A stretch of 64,000 nt of DNA. Source: an uncultured delta proteobacterium. Lineage in GTDB: Bacteria > Desulfobacterota > RBG-13-43-22. Made by a program: the position numbers and the translations under genes. Shown one piece after another: positions 19,002-28,781 of the stretch. The notes beneath the pieces are model-generated. The model was not told the origin of the DNA, searched no databases, and saw only the letters and a list, made by a program, of their open reading frames with translations. How positions within the stretch are numbered: the first letter of the stretch is position 1; every line of letters starts with the position of its first letter. The stretch is taken from positions 832,001 through 896,000 of the forward strand of contig CAWBOS010000010.1 in NCBI GenBank assembly GCA_963790475.1. The letters are read 5' to 3'.

Positions 19002-19325
19002 TCAAAGAAGCCCAGGGGCTCTCTTTTTCAACCTGGATTTCTTAAATCGCTTCAGTTCGTCGGGATCAAAAGTAATATTTTTCCCCACTTTTCCATGATG
19101 AATATTGCCGGCTTGAACCCATCGCCGCATAGTTATCTCAGCCACTTCCAGATACTGTGCAGCCTCCTTGAGGGTAAAAGGGGTTTCCCGGATATCCCCA
19201 AAAACTTCTTCATGGACATAGGAGTCCTTCTCGAAACCCCTTCTGGCAATCACTGCAAAGAGTTTTTCCCTTTCCCCAACCGGCATATCCAAAATCGTTC
19301 TATAGACTTTTTCGGCAGTGATCAT
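19002..19325 (-). CDS. Excisionase-like HTH protein (probable orphan antitoxin)
   Basis: FTLKEAAQYLEVAEITMRRW; preceded by an ENFYRELK RelE-like C-terminal remnant at about 19322-19380. Confidence 0.75.
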   Translation of the reverse strand: MITAEKVYRTILDMPVGEREKLFAVIARRGFEKDSYVHEEVFGDIRETPFTLKEAAQYLEVAEITMRRWVQAGNIHHGKVGKNITFDPDELKRFKKSRLKKRAPGLL

Positions 19326-19721
19326 TTAAGCAACCTCTTTAAAATACTTTTTAGCTCCCGATAAAAATTTTCATAATTGGTCGCGCCATAACATTCCTTT
19401 AGGTCTTCATCCTTTCCACTCGGTGGGGATATGAGAACGTTTTAAGGTTATGACAAAATTATTTTCTAATGTTGAGCAGGAGACTAAGTGTTAAAATCCT
19501 CTCCAATGGTTCCCTAGTCCAGAGTAATTTTGAGACCCTTTGCAAAAGTACGAATTCTTCTTCGCCCTACGGCGTCTCATTAGAGGAAGCTCCTCAGAGG
19601 TTCCTGTTGCCACGCCATTATTTTTTATTTCAGCCATATGTGTTTCCTCCCTTCTAACGTCTAAATGGGTCACGGTCTGTTCTTGACTCTTAATCGTTTT
19701 AACTAATAAGGTCCTTGAATC

Positions 19722-20234
19722 CTACCCCTGGAAGAAATGTATTTTGTTCTCTTGTCCAGTTACTAAATTATTTTTAAAATATTTTTCAGTATGTTTGTCT
19801 TGAAGGTTTTTTACATTCAAACCCGACTCCCTTAATAGCATTTCTGCCGATATGCCCCTTTCAGACAAATCCAGAATTGGCAAGATTTGGATTGGGGCCG
19901 CATCACAACTGCAAAAGATAATATCCGTTCTGTTAAGTAAGATCGATAAAGATTCAAGTTCTCCCATATGAATTCTTGGATGCAGAATTGGAGGTATTAG
20001 TTTGATTATTTGTATTATATCGTCTGAGGTTGCCGAGATTTCTTTAATCAATCCATTTTGGATATAGGACTTTTTGAAATCGATGGGGTGTTTAGTTCCT
20101 TTTCGATAAAAATGGGTAATTTCTCCTGCCACTGATGAGGAAACGTAAACCTCGTGATTCCTGACCAGCTTATCAAGGACATCAAAAGATAAAAAATCGA
20201 TGGTGATATCAGCATCAAGCAACCAGGTTTTCAA
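19722..20234 (-). CDS. PIN-like domain protein
   Basis: WLLDADITIDF, IHMGELESL, FCSCDAA acidic pattern; overlaps the upstream gene. Confidence 0.7.
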   Translation of the reverse strand: MKTWLLDADITIDFLSFDVLDKLVRNHEVYVSSSVAGEITHFYRKGTKHPIDFKKSYIQNGLIKEISATSDDIIQIIKLIPPILHPRIHMGELESLSILLNRTDIIFCSCDAAPIQILPILDLSERGISAEMLLRESGLNVKNLQDKHTEKYFKNNLVTGQENKIHFFQG

Positions 20235-21351
20235 GGGAGATAGAGTTTCCTTCCGTTTGCATCATTCCACTACTTTCAATGAAATCATCTATGTCGGCTC
20301 TGTTGATTTCTACCATTTCCGCAAACTTCCCTCTGGATATTAATCCCTTCCGAAGACAACGGATAGCCAGGGTTATAAAACGGTTTGAAACTTTGATTGA
20401 CTCCTTTTCAATACAGCGCCTTTCTCGACTTAGTTCGGCCAGCTCTTCATCATGGGCAATCTTGTCCGCAGTTTCCCAATCAATGTATTTCAAGTACGCA
20501 AAGCGGTAAAGTAAGGCCTTGGTGGAAACTCCGAAGTCCATGGCTATATCAACTAGGTCGGAGTATGTGAGATTTTTTTGGGATTCCCAAAGACTCAGAG
20601 TTTCCTGCCTGATTCCTTCTTCCGGCAACAGCAACATGGAGGCAAATTTCTCAGCCCTTTTTTCAATATCCGAGAAATAACTGCTATCTTTGAGTTGATC
20701 AGGAGGAAGAATTCTCCATAGAATTATATGAAAAAGCTCATGAGCCAAATCGTAGTGACGCCTCCAGGGAGCCTCTTGAGCATTGATGATTATTACTCTG
20801 CCACATTCTTCATGAACCATGGAAACGGCGGAACCTTCCTCAAGCTGAAGATAAAGAATTTTTACTCCGTAATTTTCCTCTAAAACCTTGGGAAGGGTAA
20901 ATGCTGGACGGCTTCCCAGACCCAATAAATCCCTGGTCTTTGTGGCCAATAAATTCAAAGCATCATTATTCCTGATATCGTTTAGCGAGGTTTCTATAAA
21001 TCCTTTCTCGGCTTTAATATTCAACAATTGCTCCAATAAATGATACTGCTCGCATTTAAAAAATATCTTACTTTCAATTTCTTTTCGCTGATCCTCTGTT
21101 TCGGGTGAGTTTCTCCATAAAAAAGAGAATGTCTGTCTAGTTTTTCCCTGGATCAGGAAGTCTTGAATGTTGCAAAAATAGATCCTGGCCATGTTTACTA
21201 GTTCGGAAGCCTTTACTGCTCTGTCGGCGTTTTCAATGCTGCTTAAGGTCTGATAATTGGCATACCCAAGGCGTTTGGCTGCTTCTGTTAAAGGGAGACC
21301 CGCCGATTCGCGGGCAGATTTGAGACGGGAGGCAAGCTTTTTATCCGGCAT
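20215..21351 (-). CDS. XRE HTH + ImmA/IrrE zinc metallopeptidase
   Basis: N-terminal RLKSARE...LSSIEN HTH; LAHELFH HExxH; EKRAEKFASMLLLP. Confidence 0.92.
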   Translation of the reverse strand: MPDKKLASRLKSARESAGLPLTEAAKRLGYANYQTLSSIENADRAVKASELVNMARIYFCNIQDFLIQGKTRQTFSFLWRNSPETEDQRKEIESKIFFKCEQYHLLEQLLNIKAEKGFIETSLNDIRNNDALNLLATKTRDLLGLGSRPAFTLPKVLEENYGVKILYLQLEEGSAVSMVHEECGRVIIINAQEAPWRRHYDLAHELFHIILWRILPPDQLKDSSYFSDIEKRAEKFASMLLLPEEGIRQETLSLWESQKNLTYSDLVDIAMDFGVSTKALLYRFAYLKYIDWETADKIAHDEELAELSRERRCIEKESIKVSNRFITLAIRCLRKGLISRGKFAEMVEINRADIDDFIESSGMMQTEGNSISLENLVA

Positions 21352-21486
21352 ATGACCCCTCCTTTTTTTAAGAACAGGGGTATATTACTAAATATTATAT
21401 TAATTGTCAATAAAATAATATTTTATTATATTTATTTAGTCTATTCCTTTGATAAATTAAATAACTAACTTAAATAACAATAATAT

Positions 21487-23031
21487 TTATAAACAAGTTA
21501 ACCCGCAGTTGTTAATGACCAATCGGCCGTCCTTAAAGAGGGCGGCCACGCGACTGCCAACCACATGGGGATCGATAAAAGGATCCCCATCCACAATGGC
21601 CAGGTCAGCGGTTTTCCCTGCCTCGATGGATCCCAATTGATCTTCCAGTCCCAGACATACCGCGCTGTTGATCGTGGCCATTTTAATGGCGTCTGCGCCG
21701 GTAAAGATGTTTTCTCCGGTTCCCTTGTTGAGAAACAAATCGAAAAGATCGACCTCCTGCTGCATCATGGCCGGGGTGCAGGGGGGGATGCCCCCGTCGT
21801 TAGAGGTGGTGATTCTGGCACCATTTTGAAACAGGAGCCGAATGTTCCTGGCGCCGTAAACGGCTGCCGGAGCATAATATTTAAACATGGTGGTCATAGG
21901 CAAAAAACCAAAGATCTTCATTTGGCCGCTGTTTGCTTTGTCATAATGCTTCTGAGCACCCGGTTTGAATTCGTCAATCCAATATTCATCCACCAGCGCG
22001 GAATGGACGCGGTTTCTGAATTCGGTCAAAAGGGTCATGTTCGGGTCATCAGCAACCGGATCCCCTTTGATTTTATAACTGACGTCATAGGACACCGAGA
22101 GGGTAGGATCACTGATACAGCCCTTGGAAACGAAGGCCTCGACATCTTTCGCAGAGAGAACCCCGTCTCTGGGAAGATGGGCCAGAGAGGAAATACCGGC
22201 CTCTACCGCCCTTCTAAAGGTGGCCACGGAAACCTGATGAATGGTCGACTTCAGACCGCGTTTCCGCGCCTGATCGGCTATGGCATTCATTTGATTTTGG
22301 GTCATGATGGTCGAAGTGGGTTTATAATTAGTCATGTTCTCTTTTTGCTCGCCGAGCTTGATGATTTGGGCACCCCGTTCATCGATGGCCCGGTCCACCG
22401 CATCCCGGACCCGCTGTTCGTCGGCCTCAACCGGAAACTCAACCCCCCCGCTGTAATCCAGATTGTGGTCAACAGAGGCGATTCCCAAGGCAGACCTCAT
22501 CCAGTGCATCACCAGTCCGACCCTCTCCAGTAAATATCCGCCCGGCGGGCCGACGACAATGGATTGTAAAAAACGGGGCCCGGGAATTTCCCTTTTGGAA
22601 ATTCGTTCTCTTAGCTGTCTGGTCCGACGGAGGTCTTCGGCATAGGCATCTCTGATGGTGGTGATGCCGTGGATGAGGCATTCGGCCATGTTTTTTTCGA
22701 TCTGGCGGTCGCTATAAGCCTTGAAGAGTTTAACATCCTTGAAATCCGGTAGGGTGGTAGGCGCGGTAATAGTGATGTGGCAATGGGTGTTGAAAAGTCC
22801 GGGCAGGATGGTTTTTCCCAGACAATCGATGGTCAGGTCGGCCTTGATTCCCGATTCCCGGTCGGTCGGTCCAGTCAGGGCCAAGATTTTCGAGCCCTTG
22901 ATGATCAGTCCGACACCCGGATCAAAATATCCCCCCTTGATCACATCGACAAACCGGCCATTTTTCAGTTCCACCCGGGCCTCATCGCCGGGCTGGTAAT
23001 CCGTTACAAATCTTGTCTCAGGATAGATCAT
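21487..23031 (-). CDS. Metal-dependent amidohydrolase
   Basis: LPGLFNTHCH, SLAH, SNDGG, GSIEAGKTADL. Confidence 0.9.
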   Translation of the reverse strand: MIYPETRFVTDYQPGDEARVELKNGRFVDVIKGGYFDPGVGLIIKGSKILALTGPTDRESGIKADLTIDCLGKTILPGLFNTHCHITITAPTTLPDFKDVKLFKAYSDRQIEKNMAECLIHGITTIRDAYAEDLRRTRQLRERISKREIPGPRFLQSIVVGPPGGYLLERVGLVMHWMRSALGIASVDHNLDYSGGVEFPVEADEQRVRDAVDRAIDERGAQIIKLGEQKENMTNYKPTSTIMTQNQMNAIADQARKRGLKSTIHQVSVATFRRAVEAGISSLAHLPRDGVLSAKDVEAFVSKGCISDPTLSVSYDVSYKIKGDPVADDPNMTLLTEFRNRVHSALVDEYWIDEFKPGAQKHYDKANSGQMKIFGFLPMTTMFKYYAPAAVYGARNIRLLFQNGARITTSNDGGIPPCTPAMMQQEVDLFDLFLNKGTGENIFTGADAIKMATINSAVCLGLEDQLGSIEAGKTADLAIVDGDPFIDPHVVGSRVAALFKDGRLVINNCGLTCL

Positions 23032-23102
23032 GGCTCCTTCCTCCTTTCAACGGCCTCTAGAATATATTGAAAAAAAGGTTGGTGAAAAATGAGACTCTTC
23101 TT

Positions 23103-23810
23103 CTATGCCTTCTGGCCCAGGAAGGCCTCCTTTATCTTAGACTCCTGGAGCAATTCCCTGGATGGACCCTTGAGGACGATTTTTCCGGTCTCCAGGACAT
23201 AAGCAAAATGGGAAACCTTCATGGCCTGTTTGACGTTTTGTTCCACTAAGAGGACCGTGGTGTCTTCTTTGTTGATCTGTTTGATGGTCCGGAAGATATC
23301 GGCCACTACTAAAGGGGCCAGCCCCAGCGAGGGTTCGTCCAAAAGAAGAAGCTTAGGCCTGGCCAGCAAGGCCCGGGAAATGGCCAGCATCTGCTGCTCG
23401 CCTCCGGAAAGCGACCCGCCCGGCTGATCCTTCCTTTCCCTCAACCAGGGAAAGCGTTCGAATTCCTGTTCGATATCTTCTTTGACCTGATCATCCTTTC
23501 GATGATAGGCCCCCATCTCTAAATTTTCCAGGACGGTCATTTTGGAAAGGATGGCCCGGCCTTCCGGAACCAGGGCGATCCCTTTTTTAACAATCTGATG
23601 CGGCTTTAAGGCCCCCATATCTTCCCCTAAAAAAAGGATCTTCCCGGTCTTGGGTTTCAACAGCCCGGCAATGGTTTTCAGCAAAGTGGTCTTTCCGGCC
23701 CCATTCACCCCCAGGATGGTGACGATAGCCCCGGCCGGGACCTCCAAATCCACGCCCTTGAGGGCCTTGATATTTCCGTAATAGGTTTCGACACCCGTAA
23801 CCGTTAACAA
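23103..23810 (-). CDS. livF: Branched-chain amino acid ABC transporter ATPase
   Basis: GVNGAGKTT, LSGGEQQM, LLLDEPSLGLAP. Confidence 0.93.
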   Translation of the reverse strand: MLTVTGVETYYGNIKALKGVDLEVPAGAIVTILGVNGAGKTTLLKTIAGLLKPKTGKILFLGEDMGALKPHQIVKKGIALVPEGRAILSKMTVLENLEMGAYHRKDDQVKEDIEQEFERFPWLRERKDQPGGSLSGGEQQMLAISRALLARPKLLLLDEPSLGLAPLVVADIFRTIKQINKEDTTVLLVEQNVKQAMKVSHFAYVLETGKIVLKGPSRELLQESKIKEAFLGQKA

Positions 23811-23813
23811 AGA

Positions 23814-24578
23814 CTATTCCTCTTCTTCCCGGCCCAGGTAGGCCTCGATGACTTCCGGATTGCTTTGAATCTCCTGGGGGGTGCCTTCGGCAATCTTTTG
23901 ACCGAAATTTAAAACCACCAGCCGGTCGCAGACCTTCATGACCATGGACATGTCATGTTCGATCAACAGGACGGTAATCCCCAAACCGAGAATCTTTTTG
24001 ATCAGCGCGGCCATCTCTTCGGTCTCGCTGTCGTTCATGCCGGCTACCGGTTCATCCAGTAGAATCAATCGGGGCTGGCCGGCCAGGGCCCGGGCGATCT
24101 CTACTCTTCGTTGCAGACCGTAAGGCAGGCTCATAGCCGGAAAGGTATTATAGCCGGTCAAACCGACCAGTTCCAAGAGGTCGTTGGTTTTTTCCCTGAT
24201 GAGGTTTTCTTCCTTCTTTTGTCCCGGAGTGCGAATGACACTCCTGAAAACACCGGCCCGGCTTCGACAATGACGGCCCACCATCACGTTTTCCTCCACC
24301 GTCATCTGATCGAAAAGCCGGATATTCTGAAAGGTCCGGTTGATTCCCCTCTGGGTAATTTTATGGGTTTTAAGTCCGCCGATCTTTTCCCCGGCAAAGA
24401 AGATTTCTCCGGAAGTGGGGTAGAGAAAGGAGGTGACGACATTGAACAAGGTGGTTTTGCCCGCCCCATTGGGGCCGATCAATCCCAGTATCTCCCCCTC
24501 CTCTAAGGAGAAGGAAATCTGGTTTAAGGCCGCCAGGCCCCCGAAAACCTTACTGACATCTTTCAGCTCAAGCAGCAT
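23814..24578 (-). CDS. livG: Branched-chain amino acid ABC transporter ATPase
   Basis: GPNGAGKTT, RTFQNIRLF, LPYG, LLIEHDM. Confidence 0.93.
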   Translation of the reverse strand: MLLELKDVSKVFGGLAALNQISFSLEEGEILGLIGPNGAGKTTLFNVVTSFLYPTSGEIFFAGEKIGGLKTHKITQRGINRTFQNIRLFDQMTVEENVMVGRHCRSRAGVFRSVIRTPGQKKEENLIREKTNDLLELVGLTGYNTFPAMSLPYGLQRRVEIARALAGQPRLILLDEPVAGMNDSETEEMAALIKKILGLGITVLLIEHDMSMVMKVCDRLVVLNFGQKIAEGTPQEIQSNPEVIEAYLGREEEE

Positions 24579-25509
24579 CGGGTCTCCTGCTTTTTCCCCG
24601 GAAGATTCGGTTGATCAAATTGGCATCGATCAATCCCTGGGGGCGGAAGATCATCATCAGGACCAGAAATCCCCCGTAAAACATATAACGGTATTCACTC
24701 AAAGATCGCAACAGCTCGGGGGTAACGGTTAGAAAGGTGGCCCCGAAAATCGGACCCCAGAGGACTTCGCTGCCTCCAAAGACGGCAAAGACCAGGATCT
24801 CCACCGCCCGGTGATAGGTAAAATCAGCCGGACTGATATAGCCGGTGACATGGGCGAAGAGGGCCCCGGAAAACCCGGCCAAAAAGGCGCCTTGGCTGAA
24901 AGTCAGGATTTTATAATAGGTGGTGTTGATGCCCATGGCCTCAGCCGCTTTTTCGTCCATACGAATGGAATGGAAGGCCCTGCCTATCCGGGATCGGTCT
25001 AGTCTGGCAAAAAAAATAATGACCAGGATAGTGATCAGGAGCAAAGTCGAAAAAACAGTCAGGCTGATGAATTCATTGTTCTTGAGGCCTATCGATTCCG
25101 GTGAAAAGCCGGCTTTTTGAAACCTGGCCAGAATCGTTCGGCCCAGGTGCGGGATCCCGGCGATGCCGACTGCCCCGTTGGTCAAAGATTCCCAATTGAT
25201 GAAGATCACCCGAACGACCTCCCCGAATCCAAGGGTGGCAATGGCCAGATAGACCCCATGCAAGCGCAGGGTGGGTATGCCGATCAGGATGCCGGTCAAG
25301 GCCGCCAGAAAAGAGCCGGCCAGAATGCCGATAGGAATAGGCAGTCCCAGCTTGGAAGTCAAAAGGGCGCTGGTGAAGGCCCCGATACTCATAAACCCGG
25401 CACTGCCCAATGAGAGCTGTCCCGTGGCCAGGGTGATATACATGCTTACCCCGAGCAAAATATTTATGAGGATAAAAGAGGCGACCTGCAAATGATAGGG
25501 ATTAATCAA
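24568..25509 (-). CDS. livM: Branched-chain amino acid ABC transporter permease
   Basis: LRLHGVYLAIATLGFGE, RPQGL. Confidence 0.92.
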   Translation of the reverse strand: MINPYHLQVASFILINILLGVSMYITLATGQLSLGSAGFMSIGAFTSALLTSKLGLPIPIGILAGSFLAALTGILIGIPTLRLHGVYLAIATLGFGEVVRVIFINWESLTNGAVGIAGIPHLGRTILARFQKAGFSPESIGLKNNEFISLTVFSTLLLITILVIIFFARLDRSRIGRAFHSIRMDEKAAEAMGINTTYYKILTFSQGAFLAGFSGALFAHVTGYISPADFTYHRAVEILVFAVFGGSEVLWGPIFGATFLTVTPELLRSLSEYRYMFYGGFLVLMMIFRPQGLIDANLINRIFRGKSRRPDAA

Positions 25510-25549
25510 TGTTTTTATCCTGGGAAAAAGTCGGAAAACGACTCCCTTA

Positions 25550-26434
25550 TTACCCTTTAGCCTCAGGCAGGGCCTGTCCGAAAAGGCCCTGAGGCCTGAC
25601 TAATAAAATGAGAATGATGGCGATGAAGGCTATGGCATCCCTGTACCCGGAATACCCGTAGGCGACGACAAAGGTTTCTGAAAGGCCGAGGATCAGGCCC
25701 CCGGCCATGGCCCCATTGACACTGCCCATCCCGCCCAAAATGATAATGGCCAACCCTTTTAGACCCATGGGAAGCCCCATTTGGTTGTTGATGTAATTAA
25801 AGGCCATGCCGACCAGGACCCCGGCAATGCCGCCCATGGAAGAAGCCACGACTACGGTCGAGGTGATGATCTTTTTGGTGTCGATACCCAGTAAACTGGC
25901 GGTTTCCAGGTTCTCCGCCGTAGCCCTCAGGGCCTTTCCGGTTTTGGCTTTTTTAAGCCAGGTGGAAAGGCCGACCATCAGCAGCAAGGATATGACCAGA
26001 ATAATGATCTGGACCAGGTAAATCGTTATCGAGCCGCTCTCGAATTTGATGTCGGCAAAGGAGGTGGGGAAGGCTTTGTTCCCGGCCCCAAAAAAGTGGT
26101 GGGCCAGATTTTCCAGAAAAATAGAAATACCGATGGTGCTGATCAGGGAGGCCAAATGGGAGGCCCCTTTTCGGCCCCGGATGGGCCTCAGGGCCAAGCG
26201 TTCCAGAAGATAGCCCATAGCCGCCGTGACCAGGATAGCCCCCAGGAAGGCCACGCCGATCGGGGCCCCAAACCGGGTAACGATCAGCATGCCGATAAAG
26301 GCCCCGAACATGAAGATCTCCCCATGAGCCATATTGATAATATCCAGGACGCCGAAGACCAGAGTATACCCTAAGGCCACGATGGCATAGATACTGCCCA
26401 GGGTGATGCCATTGATGAGTTGTTCGAAGAACAA
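25550..26434 (-). CDS. livH: Branched-chain amino acid ABC transporter permease
   Basis: LINGITLGSIYAIVALG, INMAHGE, ILGGMGS. Confidence 0.92.
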   Translation of the reverse strand: MFFEQLINGITLGSIYAIVALGYTLVFGVLDIINMAHGEIFMFGAFIGMLIVTRFGAPIGVAFLGAILVTAAMGYLLERLALRPIRGRKGASHLASLISTIGISIFLENLAHHFFGAGNKAFPTSFADIKFESGSITIYLVQIIILVISLLLMVGLSTWLKKAKTGKALRATAENLETASLLGIDTKKIITSTVVVASSMGGIAGVLVGMAFNYINNQMGLPMGLKGLAIIILGGMGSVNGAMAGGLILGLSETFVVAYGYSGYRDAIAFIAIILILLVRPQGLFGQALPEAKG

Positions 26435-26501
26435 GAGAGACTACCTCACTGAAATGGAGCGGTGACGAGGGTCCGCAATAAAAGACCAACTTGTCTGTAA
26501 T

Positions 26502-26750
26502 AATTTTAGTTGTTTGAAAAAAGGCTTTTGTTCACCGCAGACACAAAGAACGCAAAGAATATTATTTTTTTTCAATCCCATGAGAGGTGGGATTGAAAAA
26601 ACCAACTCTGGGCTCCGCCCAAAAAATTAACCCTACAGCGTAGCATATGTTATTGATTGCCGGCCCCTCAGCGGCAATCAATAAAAAATATTTCTTCTTT
26701 GCGCTCTTTGCGTCTTTGCGGTGAAAACAATTATTTCAAAAAGCTAAATT
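26502..26750. repeat. MITE-like nested inverted-repeat element
   Basis: Terminal IRs (TTTAGTTGTTTGAAA / TTTCAAAAAGCTAAA), inner IRs (TTCACCGCA...CGCAAAGAA / TTCTTTGCG...TGCGGTGAA) and two internal hairpins. Confidence 0.65.
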
Positions 26751-26768
26751 GATGTAAACACCAGCTTT

Positions 26769-27890
26769 TTAATTAAAAAGCTGAAACTTGCCGTTCTTGA
26801 TTACCAGAACATTCGGCTCCATGACCACATCCCGTTCGGAGTCAAAGGAAAATTTTCCCAGGACCCCATTGAAGTTGCGGATGCCGGCCAGGGCGTCCCG
26901 TAACTTATCCCGGTCGGCCACACCTGCTTTTTTCAAAGCCTCGGCCATGATATTGAGGGCATCATAGGCCTGGGCGGCAAACTGATCAGGTTTCTTACCA
27001 AAAGTTTTTTCATATTTCTGGACGAAGGCCTTCACCTTGGGGTCGGGTTTATCCCCGAACCAGGGCGTGGCCACGATCAGCCCATCAGCCGCTTCCTTGG
27101 CAATCTCAATCACCTTGGGGGAGTTGAACCCGTTTCCCCCCAAAAAGGGGACCATGATCCCCATTTTTCGGGCCTGGGAGAGGATGACGGCCCCTTCATT
27201 GTAGAGGGCCGAACAGAAAATGGCATCCGGTTTGGTGGCCTTGATTTTGGTCAGTTGGGCCTTATAGTCGGCCTGTCCCTTTTGAAATTCTTCGATGGTG
27301 GTAATTTTCAGGCCCAGGTCGGTAGCCACTTTTTTCATGGTGTCAAACCCGGACTTGGTAAAGACGTCGTCATTGCCGTAAAGCATGGCCACCTTTTTGA
27401 TATGGTATTTGGCTATGGCCTTTTTTACCATGGGTGGGATAGCCAGGGCCTCCGGCAGAGAGTTCCTGAAAACATATTTCCCGATCTGGGTGATCCCGAC
27501 GGCTGTAGTCGAGGTACCCATGATCGGCACACCGCTGGCGTTGGCTTCGGGGCCGACAACCATCATTTCCGTGCTGAGCGTTGGACCTAAAATCGCAACG
27601 ACCTTCTCGGAGTTGATCAGTTTCTGGGCCGCGGCCAGGGCCTGTTCCTGTTTCCCGGCGGAGTCTTCAAAGAGTAACTCAATTTTAACCGCTCCTTTGG
27701 CGTTGACTTCATCCCGGGCCAGTTTAAAGCCGTTGGTAATGGCTTCCCCATAACCGGACAGCGATCCGGTAATAATGGAAATAACACCGATTTTGGCCGG
27801 AATGGCCGCGGCTTGGGTCATACTCGTCAAGCCGAACAGAAAAAGAAAAACACCAAAAATCGTAAAAAAGACTGGTCTACAATGGTACAT
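26769..27890 (-). CDS. ABC transporter substrate-binding protein (LivK/LivJ-like)
   Basis: Signal peptide; KIGVI, YVFRNS, DQFAAQAYD; heads the liv operon. Confidence 0.92.
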   Translation of the reverse strand: MYHCRPVFFTIFGVFLFLFGLTSMTQAAAIPAKIGVISIITGSLSGYGEAITNGFKLARDEVNAKGAVKIELLFEDSAGKQEQALAAAQKLINSEKVVAILGPTLSTEMMVVGPEANASGVPIMGTSTTAVGITQIGKYVFRNSLPEALAIPPMVKKAIAKYHIKKVAMLYGNDDVFTKSGFDTMKKVATDLGLKITTIEEFQKGQADYKAQLTKIKATKPDAIFCSALYNEGAVILSQARKMGIMVPFLGGNGFNSPKVIEIAKEAADGLIVATPWFGDKPDPKVKAFVQKYEKTFGKKPDQFAAQAYDALNIMAEALKKAGVADRDKLRDALAGIRNFNGVLGKFSFDSERDVVMEPNVLVIKNGKFQLFN

Positions 27891-28059
27891 ATTCCCCTCC
27901 TATAAGAATTTGATGATTTTCTATTAACCCCCAGGGGTCATCTTGTCAAGGTTTTCTCTTTGCGACAGGAATCGTCCTTTTGCTTTCGGGGGGGCACTCC
28001 TCAGATATAGCTAGATAGCCTGGAAGTGGGATCAAGTTGAAACTGGCGATCCTTTAATA

Positions 28060-28497
28060 TCATTTCAAGTTTTCTGTATCCGCCAGATCTTGTGGACGGC
28101 CGATGGAAAGTTTATTCATTTTAAGGTTTTCGATATCGATGAATTCGACCTGTGTCTCATCGATAGTCGTGGAAACTCTGGAATAATAACATGTTTCAAA
28201 ATCAACACCGGCTGCCGCCGTTAATATATCAATCCTGTTTGGAGGATAGCCAAGCTGAATGATTTGGTCTGCAGCAAGAAAATCTTCCAGGGAAAGACCC
28301 AGCGAACCAAAGCCGAATTGATTTAAAGCCTTTAATAAGTTCGCTGCATTATCGATCGATAATTCTATCCAAATGTCGAGATCCTCGGTATAGCGGGGAT
28401 GCCCATGAAAAGCCACCGCATAGCCTCCGACAATCAGATACTTAACGTTATTTTCGTTTAATAATTTTATAAACTCTTTGAAGTCCTTGCTCAGCAT
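28060..28497 (-). CDS. Nucleotidyltransferase (AbiEii/DUF6036-like) putative toxin
   Basis: YLIVGGYAVAFHG.PRYTEDLDIW, GRPQDLAD; start at MLSKDF. Confidence 0.82.
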   Translation of the reverse strand: MLSKDFKEFIKLLNENNVKYLIVGGYAVAFHGHPRYTEDLDIWIELSIDNAANLLKALNQFGFGSLGLSLEDFLAADQIIQLGYPPNRIDILTAAAGVDFETCYYSRVSTTIDETQVEFIDIENLKMNKLSIGRPQDLADTENLK

Positions 28498-28636
28498 GGT
28501 ATCTCCACTGGTTATATTCCTGACGGATTTGTTCCAGGGCATCAATCCGTTCTTCATAGGATTTCGATTGCCAATAAGAAAAATCAGAGGGCTGTTCATC
28601 GATTTTACATTTGGTAACCACTTTATTAATGCTCAT
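28448..28636 (-). CDS. Small putative antitoxin
   Basis: YWQSKSYEERIDALEQIR; overlaps the NTase start. Confidence 0.7.
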   Translation of the reverse strand: MSINKVVTKCKIDEQPSDFSYWQSKSYEERIDALEQIRQEYNQWRYHAEQGLQRVYKIIKRK

Positions 28637-28781
28637 GCTGTTCCCACCTGGTTGACCTCTCTATCTCAAAAAATAATCCTTTCATAATAATCCAAAAAAA
28701 GCTAAAATACAATTAGTTCCTGCTATTTTATCGGGGAAAGCAACTCCAGACCTCCCGAAGCCCGTTTGAGGAAAAATCTTC

